A stretch of 64,000 bases of DNA from Lysobacterales bacterium (lineage in GTDB: Bacteria; Pseudomonadota; Gammaproteobacteria; Xanthomonadales; Rhodanobacteraceae): NCBI GenBank assembly GCA_038233665.1, contig JBBSVJ010000001.1:13781-77780 (forward strand), read 5' to 3'. The stretch's first letter is position 1. The number at the start of each line of letters is the position of its first letter. Below are positions 47,433-57,782 of this stretch, in pieces. The notes beneath the pieces are model-generated. The model was not told the DNA's origin. It saw nothing but the letters and a program-made list of their open reading frames with translations, and searched no databases. The position numbers and the translations under genes are program-made.

Positions 47433-49969
47433 AAGCGTGCTCCGAGTGCCGAACCAAGACGCAACAGGTCGGCGAAGATTCCGGCTGCCGTGACCTCGCG
47501 TCCTGCGCCCGGCCCCTGAACGATCAACGGGTTTTCAGCGTATCGATGCGTTGTGAACTGAACGCTGTTGTCGGTCAGGCGCAGATTGGCAAACGCATGC
47601 GTATCCGGCAATTCAACCAGGCCGACGCTGGCCTTGCCTTCGCCGTCGAGGCGAGCGACATAGCGCAGTACACAATTTCTTGACTGCGCCGCTTCGAGTT
47701 TTTCAGCCATCGCGCTGTCGAGTGAATCGAGTGCTGCGATGGCGGCGTCCTTGTCCAGCGCAAGCAACTCCGGCGGCACCAGGCCTTGTACGTCAACATC
47801 GCTCAGTTCAATGGATTGACCCGCCTCTCGCGCAAGAATTACCAGCTTTCGCGCCACGTCGAGGCCAGACAAATCATCGCGTGGATCCGGCTCGGTATAG
47901 CCCAGTTTGAGCGCTTCGCGAACCAGCGCGGAAAACGGTTGACTGCCATCGAAGCGATTGAACAACCACGCCAGGGTGCCCGAGAGGATTCCCTCGATCA
48001 CCCGCAACGAATCGCCCGTGTCTATCAAATCGCGCAGGGTCGAGATCACCGGTAAACCGGCACCAACGGTCGCCTCATAACGCCAGCGCCCACCGCCCGA
48101 GAGGCGCGCATCGCGAATCGCCTGCCAACGCGCGAGTGGGCCGGAGCCGGCCTGTTTGTTCGGCGTAATCACATGAATGCCTGCGCCAAGCCAGGCCGGA
48201 TAATGCGAAGCGACGTCATCGCTGGCACTGCAGTCGATGATGACGGCATGCGGCAAATGAGCGGCATGGACGTGATCGGTGAATCGGCTTAAATCCGACA
48301 ACAGTTCACTTGATGCGAGCTGTGTCGACCAATCGGCGGAAAGATCGCCACGTTCGCTGATCAACAGCTTGCGGCTTGAGGTGATCGCACGAACGCGCAA
48401 GTCGAGATTGGCTTCGCGGCGAAGCCGCGGAATCGCTTCGCGCAACTGATCGAGCAAGGCGCGACCAACATTGCCGGGGCCGATCACGCCTACTGACAAG
48501 GTCTGTGGCGACAGCCAAAATCCGGCGTGCGCCGCACGCAGGGCGCGCGCGGCATCGGCACTGGCCAGTGCGACCGAGATGTTGCGTTCCGAGGCACCCT
48601 GGGCAATCGCGCGGATGTTGACCTGGGCGCGGCCCAAGGTGGCAAACAGACGTGCTGCGACGCCGGGCGATCCAGCCATGCCATCACCCACCGCGGCGAG
48701 CACGCTGATGTCGCGCGTGACCGTGATCGCCTGAATCTGGCCCGAGCTCAGTTCGCGTCCGAACACGGCATCCAGAGCGACCTCGGCACGCGCACAATCG
48801 GCGCCTCGAACGACCAGGCAGATCGAATGTTCCGACGAGCCCTGGGAAATCATCACCACGGACACTTTCGCATCGCGTAGAGCCGCGAACACGCGTTCGG
48901 CGGTGCCGGGAACACCGATCATGCCGGCGCCTTCGACATTGATGATGGCCAACTGATCGGCCAGTGAAAGGCCGCGCACGGGACCCTCGCCCGATTCACC
49001 CCGGCGTGAGATACACGTTCCGGGATGCGACGGCTTGAACGTATTGCGGATATGGATAGGCAGTCCGAGCGCCATGGCCGGCAACATCGTCTGCGGATGA
49101 ATTACCTTGGCGCCGAAGTAGGCGAGTTCACAGGCTTCCTCGTAGGACAAGGCACCCAGCGAAATGGCTTCCGGAACGAGACGTGGATCGGCTGAAAGCA
49201 CGCCATCGACATCGGTCCAGATATGCAGCTCGCAGGCATCGAACAATGCCGCAAAAATCGCTGCCGAAAAATCACTGCCGTTGCGACCCAGCGTCGTTGG
49301 CCTGCCGTCGCCATTACCGGCGACAAAGCCGGTAATGATGATCCGGCGTTGCGGATGACGGCTGCGCCACTCTGCGAGTCGCGCGGCGCTGACCTGCCAA
49401 TCCACCGCGACACCGAGCTCAACGTGACTGACAACCAGAATCTCGCGCGCATCGAGTAGAGCGCAATCTTCCCCCAGTGATTCGATATGCGCACGCAACA
49501 ACGTGGCCGCCCAGACTTCGCCCAGACCCTGGATGGCATCGAGTGCCTCGCGCGCGGGAATGCCGAGGATGGCCAGCGCCTTGAGCTGATCGGCGAGATC
49601 CGCGCAGCGAGCTTCCAGCCAAACTCGAACCGCGCCCGAAGACTCGCCAAGCAAGTCAACTGCGGTCTGCAAATGGCGCTCGCGCAATTCGCTCCATTGC
49701 GTCTGCCAAGCTGGATCTTTGCAGGCGGCCAAGTGGCTGATCGAAATCAGCTGGTTGGTCACCCCTTGCATGGCCGAAACCACGGTGATCTGGGTGAGAT
49801 CGTCGCAGTCAAGAAGAATCGAGGAAACCCGCCGAAAGCAGTCCGCATTGGCTAGCGAAGAGCCACCGAACTTGTGCGCAACGACCGGTTGAGAGCTGCG
49901 CTCAGAAGGCTTGGCAATGTTGTGACGCGTAGCAGCAAGCGTGGCTGACAATGTTGCAAACGGGCTCAT
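47429..49969 (-). CDS. thrA: Bifunctional aspartate kinase/homoserine dehydrogenase
   Basis: [14 protein letters not shown] and WTDVDG, two ACT domains, then [20 protein letters not shown] and [12 protein letters not shown]. Confidence 0.96.
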   Translation of the reverse strand: MSPFATLSATLAATRHNIAKPSERSSQPVVAHKFGGSSLANADCFRRVSSILLDCDDLTQITVVSAMQGVTNQLISISHLAACKDPAWQTQWSELRERHLQTAVDLLGESSGAVRVWLEARCADLADQLKALAILGIPAREALDAIQGLGEVWAATLLRAHIESLGEDCALLDAREILVVSHVELGVAVDWQVSAARLAEWRSRHPQRRIIITGFVAGNGDGRPTTLGRNGSDFSAAIFAALFDACELHIWTDVDGVLSADPRLVPEAISLGALSYEEACELAYFGAKVIHPQTMLPAMALGLPIHIRNTFKPSHPGTCISRRGESGEGPVRGLSLADQLAIINVEGAGMIGVPGTAERVFAALRDAKVSVVMISQGSSEHSICLVVRGADCARAEVALDAVFGRELSSGQIQAITVTRDISVLAAVGDGMAGSPGVAARLFATLGRAQVNIRAIAQGASERNISVALASADAARALRAAHAGFWLSPQTLSVGVIGPGNVGRALLDQLREAIPRLRREANLDLRVRAITSSRKLLISERGDLSADWSTQLASSELLSDLSRFTDHVHAAHLPHAVIIDCSASDDVASHYPAWLGAGIHVITPNKQAGSGPLARWQAIRDARLSGGGRWRYEATVGAGLPVISTLRDLIDTGDSLRVIEGILSGTLAWLFNRFDGSQPFSALVREALKLGYTEPDPRDDLSGLDVARKLVILAREAGQSIELSDVDVQGLVPPELLALDKDAAIAALDSLDSAMAEKLEAAQSRNCVLRYVARLDGEGKASVGLVELPDTHAFANLRLTDNSVQFTTHRYAENPLIVQGPGAGREVTAAGIFADLLRLGSALGARL

Positions 49970-50021
49970 CGGGCCTCCGGTGGGTGGCTCCGCGCTTTCC
50001 AGGGCTTGCGGGGATCAAACA

Positions 50022-50047
50022 CCCCTCAGCCTTGTCGGGCTGCGGGG
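50022..50047 (-). terminator. Attenuator terminator hairpin of the thr operon
   Basis: Minus strand: CCCCgCAGCC-CGACAA-GGCTGaGGGG then TGTTT, between the leader and thrA. The 5' arm (CCGCA) is complementary to TGCGG in the leader. Confidence 0.6.
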
Positions 50048-50060
50048 TCAGTGCGAAAAA

Positions 50061-50129
50061 CTAGCAGCGCACGACGGACCGCACCCGAATGGGCGTAGTC
50101 ATCGTCGTCATCATAATAATTGTGCGCAT
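50061..50129 (-). CDS. thrL: thr operon leader peptide MRTIIMMTTMTTPIRVRSVVRC
   Basis: 22-aa ORF 92 bp upstream of thrA. Codons 3-12 are exclusively Thr, Ile or Met. Confidence 0.82.
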   Translation of the reverse strand: MRTIIMMTTMTTPIRVRSVVRC

Positions 50130-50373
50130 GCAGCAAGTTGAGCTGATCGATAGCGTTGTTGTCAAGCGACTGTGCCGGCCAACTTCGGGCGTCGCCGCGC
50201 AGCAAGCCATTGCTTCAGAGCTCAGAATTTGAAAAGTGATTGGGTAAAAAAATGATTGCGATACGTCATGAATGCGTACTGCTGACTGGCGTTCTACTAT
50301 TTTTTACCTAGGCATCAACAGGTTGCAACAAGCCAGCAGCTGGGGCGAACGCCGCGACGCCCATGCTATCCGC

Positions 50374-52182
50374 CTATTGCTGCTTTGGACGATGCGCTGG
50401 TTTATTAACCATAAGCTGCCGAAGTTCGTCGCGCTCCGCGCCGGATAATTCGCCATTGACCTGGCGGGCAATCAGATCATCGAGACGCTGTTGGGACGTC
50501 TGGACGTCCAATTGCGCAAGCGCACCGAGGAAGTTGGTGCGCGCCTGAGCAGGATCGACAAGCAGATCCATGGTCGCCAGTTTGTTCAAAGCCCCCGCTT
50601 CTTCACGTTCGGCAAAGTGTTCAAGCAGAGAGCCGGTAGTCACTGAAGGTCGATCGCGGCAGAACCCGATCAACTCGATCAACAACGGGATGCCCGGCTG
50701 TCGCAGTTCGGAAAACGCCCAAGGCGGCTCGATATCGGCAGACAGGCTCGGCGATTGAACGAGCAGGGCGACGGCAGTGCGCACGAGTGAGCGCTGCGCC
50801 GGACGGCCGCCGCTGGCGCGCGTCGGAGCTTGAGAGCCCACGTTCCCCGTGCCGCCCGGTTGCATAGTCTTCGTGCCGCTCAAGCGCTCAAGTTCGCCAA
50901 ACATCAGGTCGCGAAAGGCGCCATCCGGGATCTGACCGATCATCGGCCGCGCGCGCTCTGCGAGTCGCGCCTTGCCATCGAGGCTCGACAGGTTCACATC
51001 CTTGGACGTTTCGGAGAAGAAGAATTCGCTGAGCGGTGTCGCCAGCTTGAGCCGCTGCTCGAAGCCATCGAGTCCTTCGCCACGGATCAGCGAATCGGGA
51101 TCTTCGCCATCCGGTACAAACAAGAACCAAGCCTGGCGACCATCACGCATCCGCGGCAGCACCGATTCGACCGCGCGCCAAGCCGCTTGTCGGCCAGCGC
51201 GGTCACCATCGAAACAGAAGTAAACATCCGCAGAATTGCGGAAAAGAATTTCGGCGTGGTCGCTGGTGGTTGCCGTGCCGAGCGTGGCAACCGCTTGAGT
51301 AATGCCGTATTGGTGCAGGGCGATCACATCCATATAACCTTCGACCACGAGCAAGCGCGAAATTTTCTGGTTTGCATCGCGGACTTGCCACAAGCCGAAC
51401 AACTCGCGGCCTTTGTGGAAAAGCGGGGTCTCAGGAGAATTCAGATATTTCGGGCCGAGACCTTTGTCAGACGTGCGGGCAGAAATGTCCGCTTCTTGTT
51501 CTTCGCCATCAGCACGATCGCTGGGAATAATCCTGCCGCCAAATGCAATCGTGCGTCCACGTCGATCGAGAATCGGAAACATCACGCGATCGCGGAATCG
51601 GTCGTATTGGTTGCCGCGATCGCCCCTGGAAAGAATGCCGGCCTTGTCGAGCAGGGCGAGGCGCTGCGGATTTGTGCCGAGCGCGCTCTTCAACGCATCC
51701 CACTGATTCGGTGCAAAGCCAAGATTGAAGCGCTTGAGCGTGTCGTCGTCGAGTCCGCGCCCGCTGAAGTATTCGCGTGCCGCTGGATTTCGTTCGAGTT
51801 GCTCGCGATAGAACGTTGCCGCCGCATCGAGCAGCGTGTAGAGATCGCTGACATCTTCACGCGGGGCTTGGCGCTGTCTTCCCTCGTACTCGACCTTGAG
51901 ACCGGCACGCGCGGCGAGTTCTTCGATCGCGTCGGGGAATTCGAGGCGGTCGTAATCCATCAGGAAGCGAATCGCGCTACCGTGCGCGCCACAACCGAAG
52001 CAGTGGTAGAACTGCTTGGCTGGGCTGACCGTGAAGGAAGGCGAGCGCTCGTCGTGAAAAGGACACCGCGCTGACCAGTCGCGCCCGGCTTTTTTTAACG
52101 TCACCCGCTCCTGGATCACATCGACAATATCGATGCGAGTTAGCAGGTCGTCAATGAAGTGTTCGGGAATTCGGCCGGCCAT
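50374..52182 (-). CDS. dnaG: DNA primase
   Basis: Zn finger CPFH...CFGC, FRDRVMFPI, KYLNSPET, VEGYMD and FDGDRAG (Toprim). Confidence 0.97.
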   Translation of the reverse strand: MAGRIPEHFIDDLLTRIDIVDVIQERVTLKKAGRDWSARCPFHDERSPSFTVSPAKQFYHCFGCGAHGSAIRFLMDYDRLEFPDAIEELAARAGLKVEYEGRQRQAPREDVSDLYTLLDAAATFYREQLERNPAAREYFSGRGLDDDTLKRFNLGFAPNQWDALKSALGTNPQRLALLDKAGILSRGDRGNQYDRFRDRVMFPILDRRGRTIAFGGRIIPSDRADGEEQEADISARTSDKGLGPKYLNSPETPLFHKGRELFGLWQVRDANQKISRLLVVEGYMDVIALHQYGITQAVATLGTATTSDHAEILFRNSADVYFCFDGDRAGRQAAWRAVESVLPRMRDGRQAWFLFVPDGEDPDSLIRGEGLDGFEQRLKLATPLSEFFFSETSKDVNLSSLDGKARLAERARPMIGQIPDGAFRDLMFGELERLSGTKTMQPGGTGNVGSQAPTRASGGRPAQRSLVRTAVALLVQSPSLSADIEPPWAFSELRQPGIPLLIELIGFCRDRPSVTTGSLLEHFAEREEAGALNKLATMDLLVDPAQARTNFLGALAQLDVQTSQQRLDDLIARQVNGELSGAERDELRQLMVNKPAHRPKQQ

Positions 52183-52243
52183 TCTTCAAGCTCAAACGGG
52201 GGCGGGAAGGGCGGTTCCTCCTACCAAGAGGAGAAGGAAGCCA

Positions 52244-52690
52244 TCAGCCCGCCAGCTTTGCCTTTATCAGCTCCGAAATCTGACCCATGTCGGCGCGGCC
52301 GGTGACCTGGGGTTTGACCAGACCAATCACCTTGCCCATTTCGCGGGCGCTGGTCGCGCCGGAATCAGTGATGGCCTTGGTCACGATCGCATCGAGTTCT
52401 TCGCTGGAAAGCGGCGCCGGCAGATAGGTCTGGATGACCTCGACTTCAGCGCGCTCGATGGCGGCCAGATCTTCGCGCTCGGCTGCGCTGAACTGATCGA
52501 TGGAATCGCGGCGCTGCTTGAGCATTTTTTCGAGGATGGCGAGCACCTGGTCATCATCAAGCTCGATACGCTCGTCGACTTCGCGTTGCTTGATTGCGGC
52601 CAGGATCAGGCGGATGACGCCGAGGCGATCCTTCTCGCCTGCGCGCATCGCGGCCTTCATGTCATCGGTAACGCGAAGCTTGAGTGACAT
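52244..52690 (-). CDS. yqeY: GatB/YqeY domain protein
   Basis: DMKAAMRAGEK, KQRRDSI..F and MGKVIG. Lies between rpsU and dnaG. Confidence 0.93.
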   Translation of the reverse strand: MSLKLRVTDDMKAAMRAGEKDRLGVIRLILAAIKQREVDERIELDDDQVLAILEKMLKQRRDSIDQFSAAEREDLAAIERAEVEVIQTYLPAPLSSEELDAIVTKAITDSGATSAREMGKVIGLVKPQVTGRADMGQISELIKAKLAG

Positions 52691-52909
52691 CATGCACCTC
52701 GTTTGCTGTTGATCGATCCAGGTAACGTCTGATTACCCTCAGCCGTTCACTCTGAGCCGATCGAAAGGGTGTGTCCAAATGGTTGATCTGCCGAGACAAA
52801 AATAATCTGAACGGATTTTGAGCCATTCAGAAAAGACTGCGCTCGTCACGATCGGAAGTTTGCTGCGAGCTGGTTTCCGCATCGTAGCCCCGCTCAGCAC
52901 AAACACAAA

Positions 52910-52939
52910 CGGCCGGCGCTGCGTGGGCAGAGCCGGCCG
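52910..52939 (-). terminator. Possible terminator after rpsU
   Basis: CGGCCGGC...GCCGGCCG stem followed by TTTGTGTTT on the minus strand. Confidence 0.55.
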
Positions 52940-53033
52940 AAAGTTTCAGCCCGGATGTTGCGCAATCAGCGTAAGGCTGATTGCGCGATCAATCGGTTGT
53001 GCGGATCACCGAGGTGATCACGCAACCGATTGA

Positions 53034-53249
53034 TCAATACATGCGCTGACGCTTGGTCACATCGCGACCGACGCGACGCAGGTGACGCTTGACCGCAGCC
53101 GCGCGCTTGCGCTTGCGTTCCTGGGTCGGCTTTTCGTAGAACTCGCGCTTGCGCACTTCAGCCAGCACGCCGGCTTTTTCACAGGTGCGCTTGAAGCGGC
53201 GCAGGGCAAATTCAAAAGGTTCGTTCTCGCGAACTTTGACGCTTGGCAT
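53034..53249 (-). CDS. rpsU: 30S ribosomal protein S21
   Basis: [21 protein letters not shown]...REFYEKP. Confidence 0.98.
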   Translation of the reverse strand: MPSVKVRENEPFEFALRRFKRTCEKAGVLAEVRKREFYEKPTQERKRKRAAAVKRHLRRVGRDVTKRQRMY

Positions 53250-53308
53250 AGTCTCTCCGCTGTTAAACTTGACACCCGGGCTCTCGGGCTAGCCGCGCAT
53301 TCTATTTC

Positions 53309-54349
53309 ATGCAAACCAGCAATGCAAAACCTGTTCCGGTGCTCGGCATCGAAAGTTCCTGCGACGAAACCGGGGTTGCGGTGTATGACGCCAAGCGTGG
53401 CCTGCTCGCGCACGCGTTGTACAGCCAGATCCAATTGCACGCCGATTATGGCGGCGTGGTGCCGGAACTGGCCTCGCGCGACCACGTGCGCAAGCTGCTG
53501 CCGCTGATTCGCCAGACATTGGCTGAGGCCAATTTGCGCATCAAAGACCTCGGCGGCATTGCCTACACGGCTGGTCCCGGCTTGGTTGGCGCGCTGCTCG
53601 TGGGTGCCGCTGCTGCCCGCGCGATGGCTTGGGCGCTGGAAATTCCGGCGATCGGTGTGCATCACATGGAAGGTCACCTGCTCGCGCCGATGCTTGAAGA
53701 CGATGCGCCCGAGCCGCCTTTTGTGGCCTTGCTGGTCTCCGGTGGGCATTCAATGTTGATTGAAGTCGAGGCGATTGGGCGTTATCGGCTGCTCGGCGAC
53801 ACGCTTGATGATGCCGCTGGCGAAGCTTTCGACAAAACCGCGAAAATGATGGGTTTGCCCTATCCCGGCGGCCCAACCCTGGCCAAACTGGCCGAAACCT
53901 CCGAGCCGGGAACGTTTCGATTCACTCGGCCGATGACTGATCGTCCCGGTCTCGATTTCAGCTTTTCGGGTCTCAAGACCCAGGTTTTGCTGGCTTGGCA
54001 GCGCAGCGATCAGAGCGATTCAACGCGCGCCTCGATCGCCCGCGATTTCGAGGAAGCCATTGTTGAAACGCTGGTCATCAAATGCCGACGTGCCATGCAG
54101 GCGACTGGCGCCAAGCGGTTGGTCATCGCCGGCGGCGTCGGCGCGAACCGACGATTGCGCGCGCAGCTGGCCATTGCAGCGGCCAAAGATGGCTTCAAGA
54201 GCTATTTCCCGCGCCTCGAATTCTGCACCGACAACGGTGCGATGATCGCCTTGGCTGGGTCGATCCGACTCAATGCCGGCCAGCACAATGATCCTCAGAT
54301 CAAGGTATTTCCGCGCTGGGATCTGGAAACCCTGCCGCCACTGGCTTGA
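53309..54349 (+). CDS. tsaD: tRNA N6-threonylcarbamoyltransferase
   Basis: [31 protein letters not shown] and CTDNGAMIA. Confidence 0.97.
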   Translation: MQTSNAKPVPVLGIESSCDETGVAVYDAKRGLLAHALYSQIQLHADYGGVVPELASRDHVRKLLPLIRQTLAEANLRIKDLGGIAYTAGPGLVGALLVGAAAARAMAWALEIPAIGVHHMEGHLLAPMLEDDAPEPPFVALLVSGGHSMLIEVEAIGRYRLLGDTLDDAAGEAFDKTAKMMGLPYPGGPTLAKLAETSEPGTFRFTRPMTDRPGLDFSFSGLKTQVLLAWQRSDQSDSTRASIARDFEEAIVETLVIKCRRAMQATGAKRLVIAGGVGANRRLRAQLAIAAAKDGFKSYFPRLEFCTDNGAMIALAGSIRLNAGQHNDPQIKVFPRWDLETLPPLA

Positions 54350-54395
54350 TCAAGCCGCACACATATTCCGCCGTCAACCGAGTCGAATCTTAGCC

Positions 54396-54749
54396 ATGGA
54401 CATCGTTTTCATCGAAGATCTGCGTATCGAAACCGTTATCGGCATCTATGACTGGGAGCGGCGCATTCGCCAGATCGTTGCGCTGGATATCGAGATGCGT
54501 TTCGACAATACGCGTCCAGCGGCGAGCGATGTCATTGACGACACGCTCGACTACAAGGCCGTTTCAAAACGCTTGATCGCTTTTGTCGAGGCGGCCGATT
54601 GCCAGCTTGTCGAAACCCTCGCCGAGCGTTGCGCGGCGATCATTCTCGACGAGTTCGCTGTGCAGCACGTGCGCTTGCGCCTGGCCAAGCCGGGTGCGGT
54701 AACTGGGGCCAAGTCGGTCGGCGTGCAGATTGAGCGTGAGCGGGCTTGA
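54396..54749 (+). CDS. folB: Dihydroneopterin aldolase
   Basis: MDIVFIEDL, IGIYDWE, LDY, LVETLAE and KPGA. Confidence 0.95.
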   Translation: MDIVFIEDLRIETVIGIYDWERRIRQIVALDIEMRFDNTRPAASDVIDDTLDYKAVSKRLIAFVEAADCQLVETLAERCAAIILDEFAVQHVRLRLAKPGAVTGAKSVGVQIERERA

Positions 54750-54834
54750 GAGACCAGCCTGCGGTATCAATCCGACGTCAGCTGATCAGGAAAGCCGGGC
54801 ACATATCAGGATTTTACCTGGGCGATAAAGCGTT

Positions 54835-55575
54835 TCAGGAAGTCGTTTCCCACGGAAACGCCGGCAGCGTGTAAACCGCTTCGGTGAGTTTTTGTGCCCA
54901 AGCCTGACGAATGTCGATGTAGAACTGCGTGTCCTCATCGATGCGAACTTGCCGGCCGACGCGAAATTCACCGTCGCGGATGATGACGAGATCGATAGGC
55001 AGGCCGACCGAAACATTCGAGCGGATGGTTGAATCGATCGAGACCAAGGCACAACGCGCCGCATTTTCGAGTGAAGTGTCGCGATCAATGATGCGTTCGA
55101 GAATCGGCTTGCCATATTTGGCTTCGCCAATCTGCAGATACGGGGTTTCGGGCGAATCGTTGATCCAGTTGCCCAACGGATAAATCAGGCGCAACGCCGC
55201 TTCACCGCCTGCGATCTGGCCACCGAGAATCAGGCTCGCTTCGAGGCTTACGCCGCTCTGCTGAGCCTTGTCGCCGACCTGGGTCTGATTGTCGACCAAC
55301 ACCTTGCCGATATAGTCGGCTACTTCATACATTCGCGCGGCCTTGAACAGGCTGAACTCCGAATCAGGGTTCTCGATATCGCGGCGCAGGGTGGCGATGA
55401 CGGCCTGGGTCGTGGCAAGGTTGCCGGCTGACATGAGTACGAATACGCATTCGCCCGGCTTTTCAAACACGTGCATCTTGCCGTGCGTGCGCACATCGTC
55501 GAATGAGGAGCTGGTGCGCGTGTCGGAGGCCAGCACGAGGCCGCCATCGACATGGATTCCCACACAATAAGTCAT
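54835..55575 (-). CDS. Proteasome-type Ntn protease (Anbu family)
   Basis: MTYCVG (Thr1 after Met removal), SDTRT, AGNLATTQ, LIYPLGNWI, QIGEAKYGKPIL and STIRSNVSVGLP. Confidence 0.9.
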   Translation of the reverse strand: MTYCVGIHVDGGLVLASDTRTSSSFDDVRTHGKMHVFEKPGECVFVLMSAGNLATTQAVIATLRRDIENPDSEFSLFKAARMYEVADYIGKVLVDNQTQVGDKAQQSGVSLEASLILGGQIAGGEAALRLIYPLGNWINDSPETPYLQIGEAKYGKPILERIIDRDTSLENAARCALVSIDSTIRSNVSVGLPIDLVIIRDGEFRVGRQVRIDEDTQFYIDIRQAWAQKLTEAVYTLPAFPWETTS

Positions 55576-55678
55576 CGTTGAAGCTGCAATCGAACCGGGG
55601 CCGCATTGTAGACACGGCTTGCGCTCGCGGCGATAGTCAATTTCTGAACCAATGGTCCACATCATAGAGAGGTAGGGC

Positions 55679-56935
55679 GTGCAAGCAATCATGCAATGGC
55701 TGATGCAGCCTCAGGCACAAATGATCGGCGGACTCTCCGCTTTGCTACTGCTGGCGTGGTTGGCGGCAACCGTGGCCCGGCGCTTGCTGGTTCGCGGATT
55801 TCGAGCATTGGCGGCGCACACGGCGTGGACCTGGGACGACATCTGGGTGGAACACGGCGCGTTGCGGCGCCTTTCGCACATCGTACCGACGCTTGTGATC
55901 CAATTCGGTATCGGCTTTGTTCCGAATCTCCCCGATGAGCTTGATGCACTGATCCGCAGCGTCGCTCTCGCCGGAACGATCCTGTTTCTGATTCTGGCGA
56001 TCTCGGCAACGCTGAATGCGCTGGAAGTTATCTACAAGCGCGCCAGCAACGGCACGCGTTCGATCAAAACCTATATCCAGTTTCTCAAGATCGCGATTTT
56101 CATCATCGGTGCGGTGGTGATCATCTCGACTCTGATCAATCGTTCGCCGTTGATCCTGTTGTCCGGACTGGGCGCGCTCTCGGCGATCCTGCTGCTGGTA
56201 TTCAAGGACACCATTCTCGGTCTGGTTGCCGGGGTGCAATTGACCTCCAACGACATGTTGCGGGTCGGTGACTGGATCGAGGTGCCTGGTTCGGGCGCCG
56301 ACGGCGGTGTCATTGATATCGCCCTGCATACGGTCAAGGTGCAGAACTGGGACAAGACCATCACCACCATTCCAACCTGGAAACTGATCACCGATCCGTT
56401 CAAGAATTGGCGCGGCATGTCCGAGGCCGGCGGACGGCGGATCAAGCGATCGGTGTTGATCGATGCGGGCAGCGTGCATTTTCTGGGCGAGGAGGATGTC
56501 TCCCGAATGACCGAATCACTGGTCTTGCGTGATTATCTGGCAAACAAATCGAGCGAGGTTTCACGCTTCAATCTGGATCTTGGCGATGCAGGAAAATTCC
56601 CGCTCAACCAACAGCGTCTGACCAATCTCGGCACCTTGCGCGCTTATACTTTGAACTTCCTCAAGACCCATCCCGGTATCCGTCAGGACATGACCCTGAT
56701 TGTTCGCCAGCTCGATTCCAAGGGCGAAGGCATCCCGATGGAGCTGTATTGTTTTACCAATACCACGGCATGGAGCGACTACGAAGGCATCGTCTCGGAT
56801 ATCTTCGATCACTTGATCGCGATCCTTCCCGAGTTCGGCTTGCGCCTATATCAGAGGCCTGCCGGCGGAGACTTGCGTGAGGCGATGTTGGCCGTCGCCC
56901 GGCGTGATCTGCAAGTCGAGGGGCCGCGTGCATGA
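55679..56935 (+). CDS. Mechanosensitive channel, MscS family (YbdG/MscM-like)
   Basis: GDWIEVP, TVKVQNWDKTITTIP, NWRGM..GGRRIKR and TNLG..RAY. Confidence 0.92.
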   Translation: MQAIMQWLMQPQAQMIGGLSALLLLAWLAATVARRLLVRGFRALAAHTAWTWDDIWVEHGALRRLSHIVPTLVIQFGIGFVPNLPDELDALIRSVALAGTILFLILAISATLNALEVIYKRASNGTRSIKTYIQFLKIAIFIIGAVVIISTLINRSPLILLSGLGALSAILLLVFKDTILGLVAGVQLTSNDMLRVGDWIEVPGSGADGGVIDIALHTVKVQNWDKTITTIPTWKLITDPFKNWRGMSEAGGRRIKRSVLIDAGSVHFLGEEDVSRMTESLVLRDYLANKSSEVSRFNLDLGDAGKFPLNQQRLTNLGTLRAYTLNFLKTHPGIRQDMTLIVRQLDSKGEGIPMELYCFTNTTAWSDYEGIVSDIFDHLIAILPEFGLRLYQRPAGGDLREAMLAVARRDLQVEGPRA

Positions 56936-57417
56936 GGCGTGTCTATCTGAGTCTCGGTTCGAACATCGAGCCGGAGCACTATTTACGCGCGGCGATCGAC
57001 GCCTTGCATGCGCAGTTTGGCAATCTGCTTGTCTCCCGGTTGATTCGCACTGAAGCGGTCGGCTTTGAGGGCCCAGCCTTTCTCAATCTGGCACTTGGTC
57101 TGGATACTGACTGGTCGCCGCAGGAGCTCGATGACTGGCTGCATGCGCTGGAAGATCGCCATGGGCGGCGTCGTGATGTCGAACGCTACTCAAGCCGTAC
57201 GCTCGATATCGACATCATTTTGTTCGGCGATCTGATCGTCGATGGTCCGGGCCACTTGCAGATTCCGCGCGACGAACTCAAACACGTTTTCGTGCTCGCG
57301 CCACTCGCTGAAATCGCACCTGATGCGCGACATCCTCACAGCGGCCGAAGCATGGCCGAGCTTTGGAATGCGCACCCTGAACGCGACCAAGTTCTTGAGC
57401 GGATCGAATGGAGATGA
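56932..57417 (+). CDS. folK: 2-amino-4-hydroxy-6-hydroxymethyldihydropteridine diphosphokinase
   Basis: YLSLGSNI, FLNLA and RTLDIDIILFG. Confidence 0.95.
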   Translation: MRRVYLSLGSNIEPEHYLRAAIDALHAQFGNLLVSRLIRTEAVGFEGPAFLNLALGLDTDWSPQELDDWLHALEDRHGRRRDVERYSSRTLDIDIILFGDLIVDGPGHLQIPRDELKHVFVLAPLAEIAPDARHPHSGRSMAELWNAHPERDQVLERIEWR

Positions 57418-57689
57418 GCGTTTCCGAGCCGAATCGCTGGATTCTCTACCAGCGCGATGATTGCCAACTTTGCGATGAGGCGGTGGCGATTCTGGCCCAG
57501 GCCAATGCGCCTGATTTCGGCAGTGTCTGGATCGATGACAACGCGGAGCTGGAAGCCTGCTATGGGATGCGCGTGCCCGTGCTGCGTGATGTGACAAGTG
57601 AGCGAGAGCTTGATTGGCCTTTTGATGTTGAGCGCGTGGCGGAGTTTTGGGCCTCGTGCATCAGTCAATGTCAAACGCTCGGCGACTAG
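57414..57689 (+). CDS. Glutaredoxin-like protein (DUF836 type)
   Basis: CQLC motif, YGMRVPVL and LDWPFD. ATGA overlap with folK. Confidence 0.85.
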   Translation: MSVSEPNRWILYQRDDCQLCDEAVAILAQANAPDFGSVWIDDNAELEACYGMRVPVLRDVTSERELDWPFDVERVAEFWASCISQCQTLGD

Positions 57690-57704
57690 CGGGAATGGCC
57701 TTTT

Positions 57705-57773
57705 GTAGGAGCCCCGTCAGGGGCGAGCTCTCCAGAAATTCACGAAAAAGCTTGCCCCTGGCGGGACTCCTAC
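57705..57773. repeat. GTAG-family REP doublet (REPIN-like)
   Basis: GTAGGAGCCCCGTCAGGGGCGA ... TTGCCCCTGGCGGGACTCCTAC. Same family as the pair at 21694-21765, again between convergent genes. Confidence 0.85.
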
Positions 57774-57782
57774 GAAGTGCGC

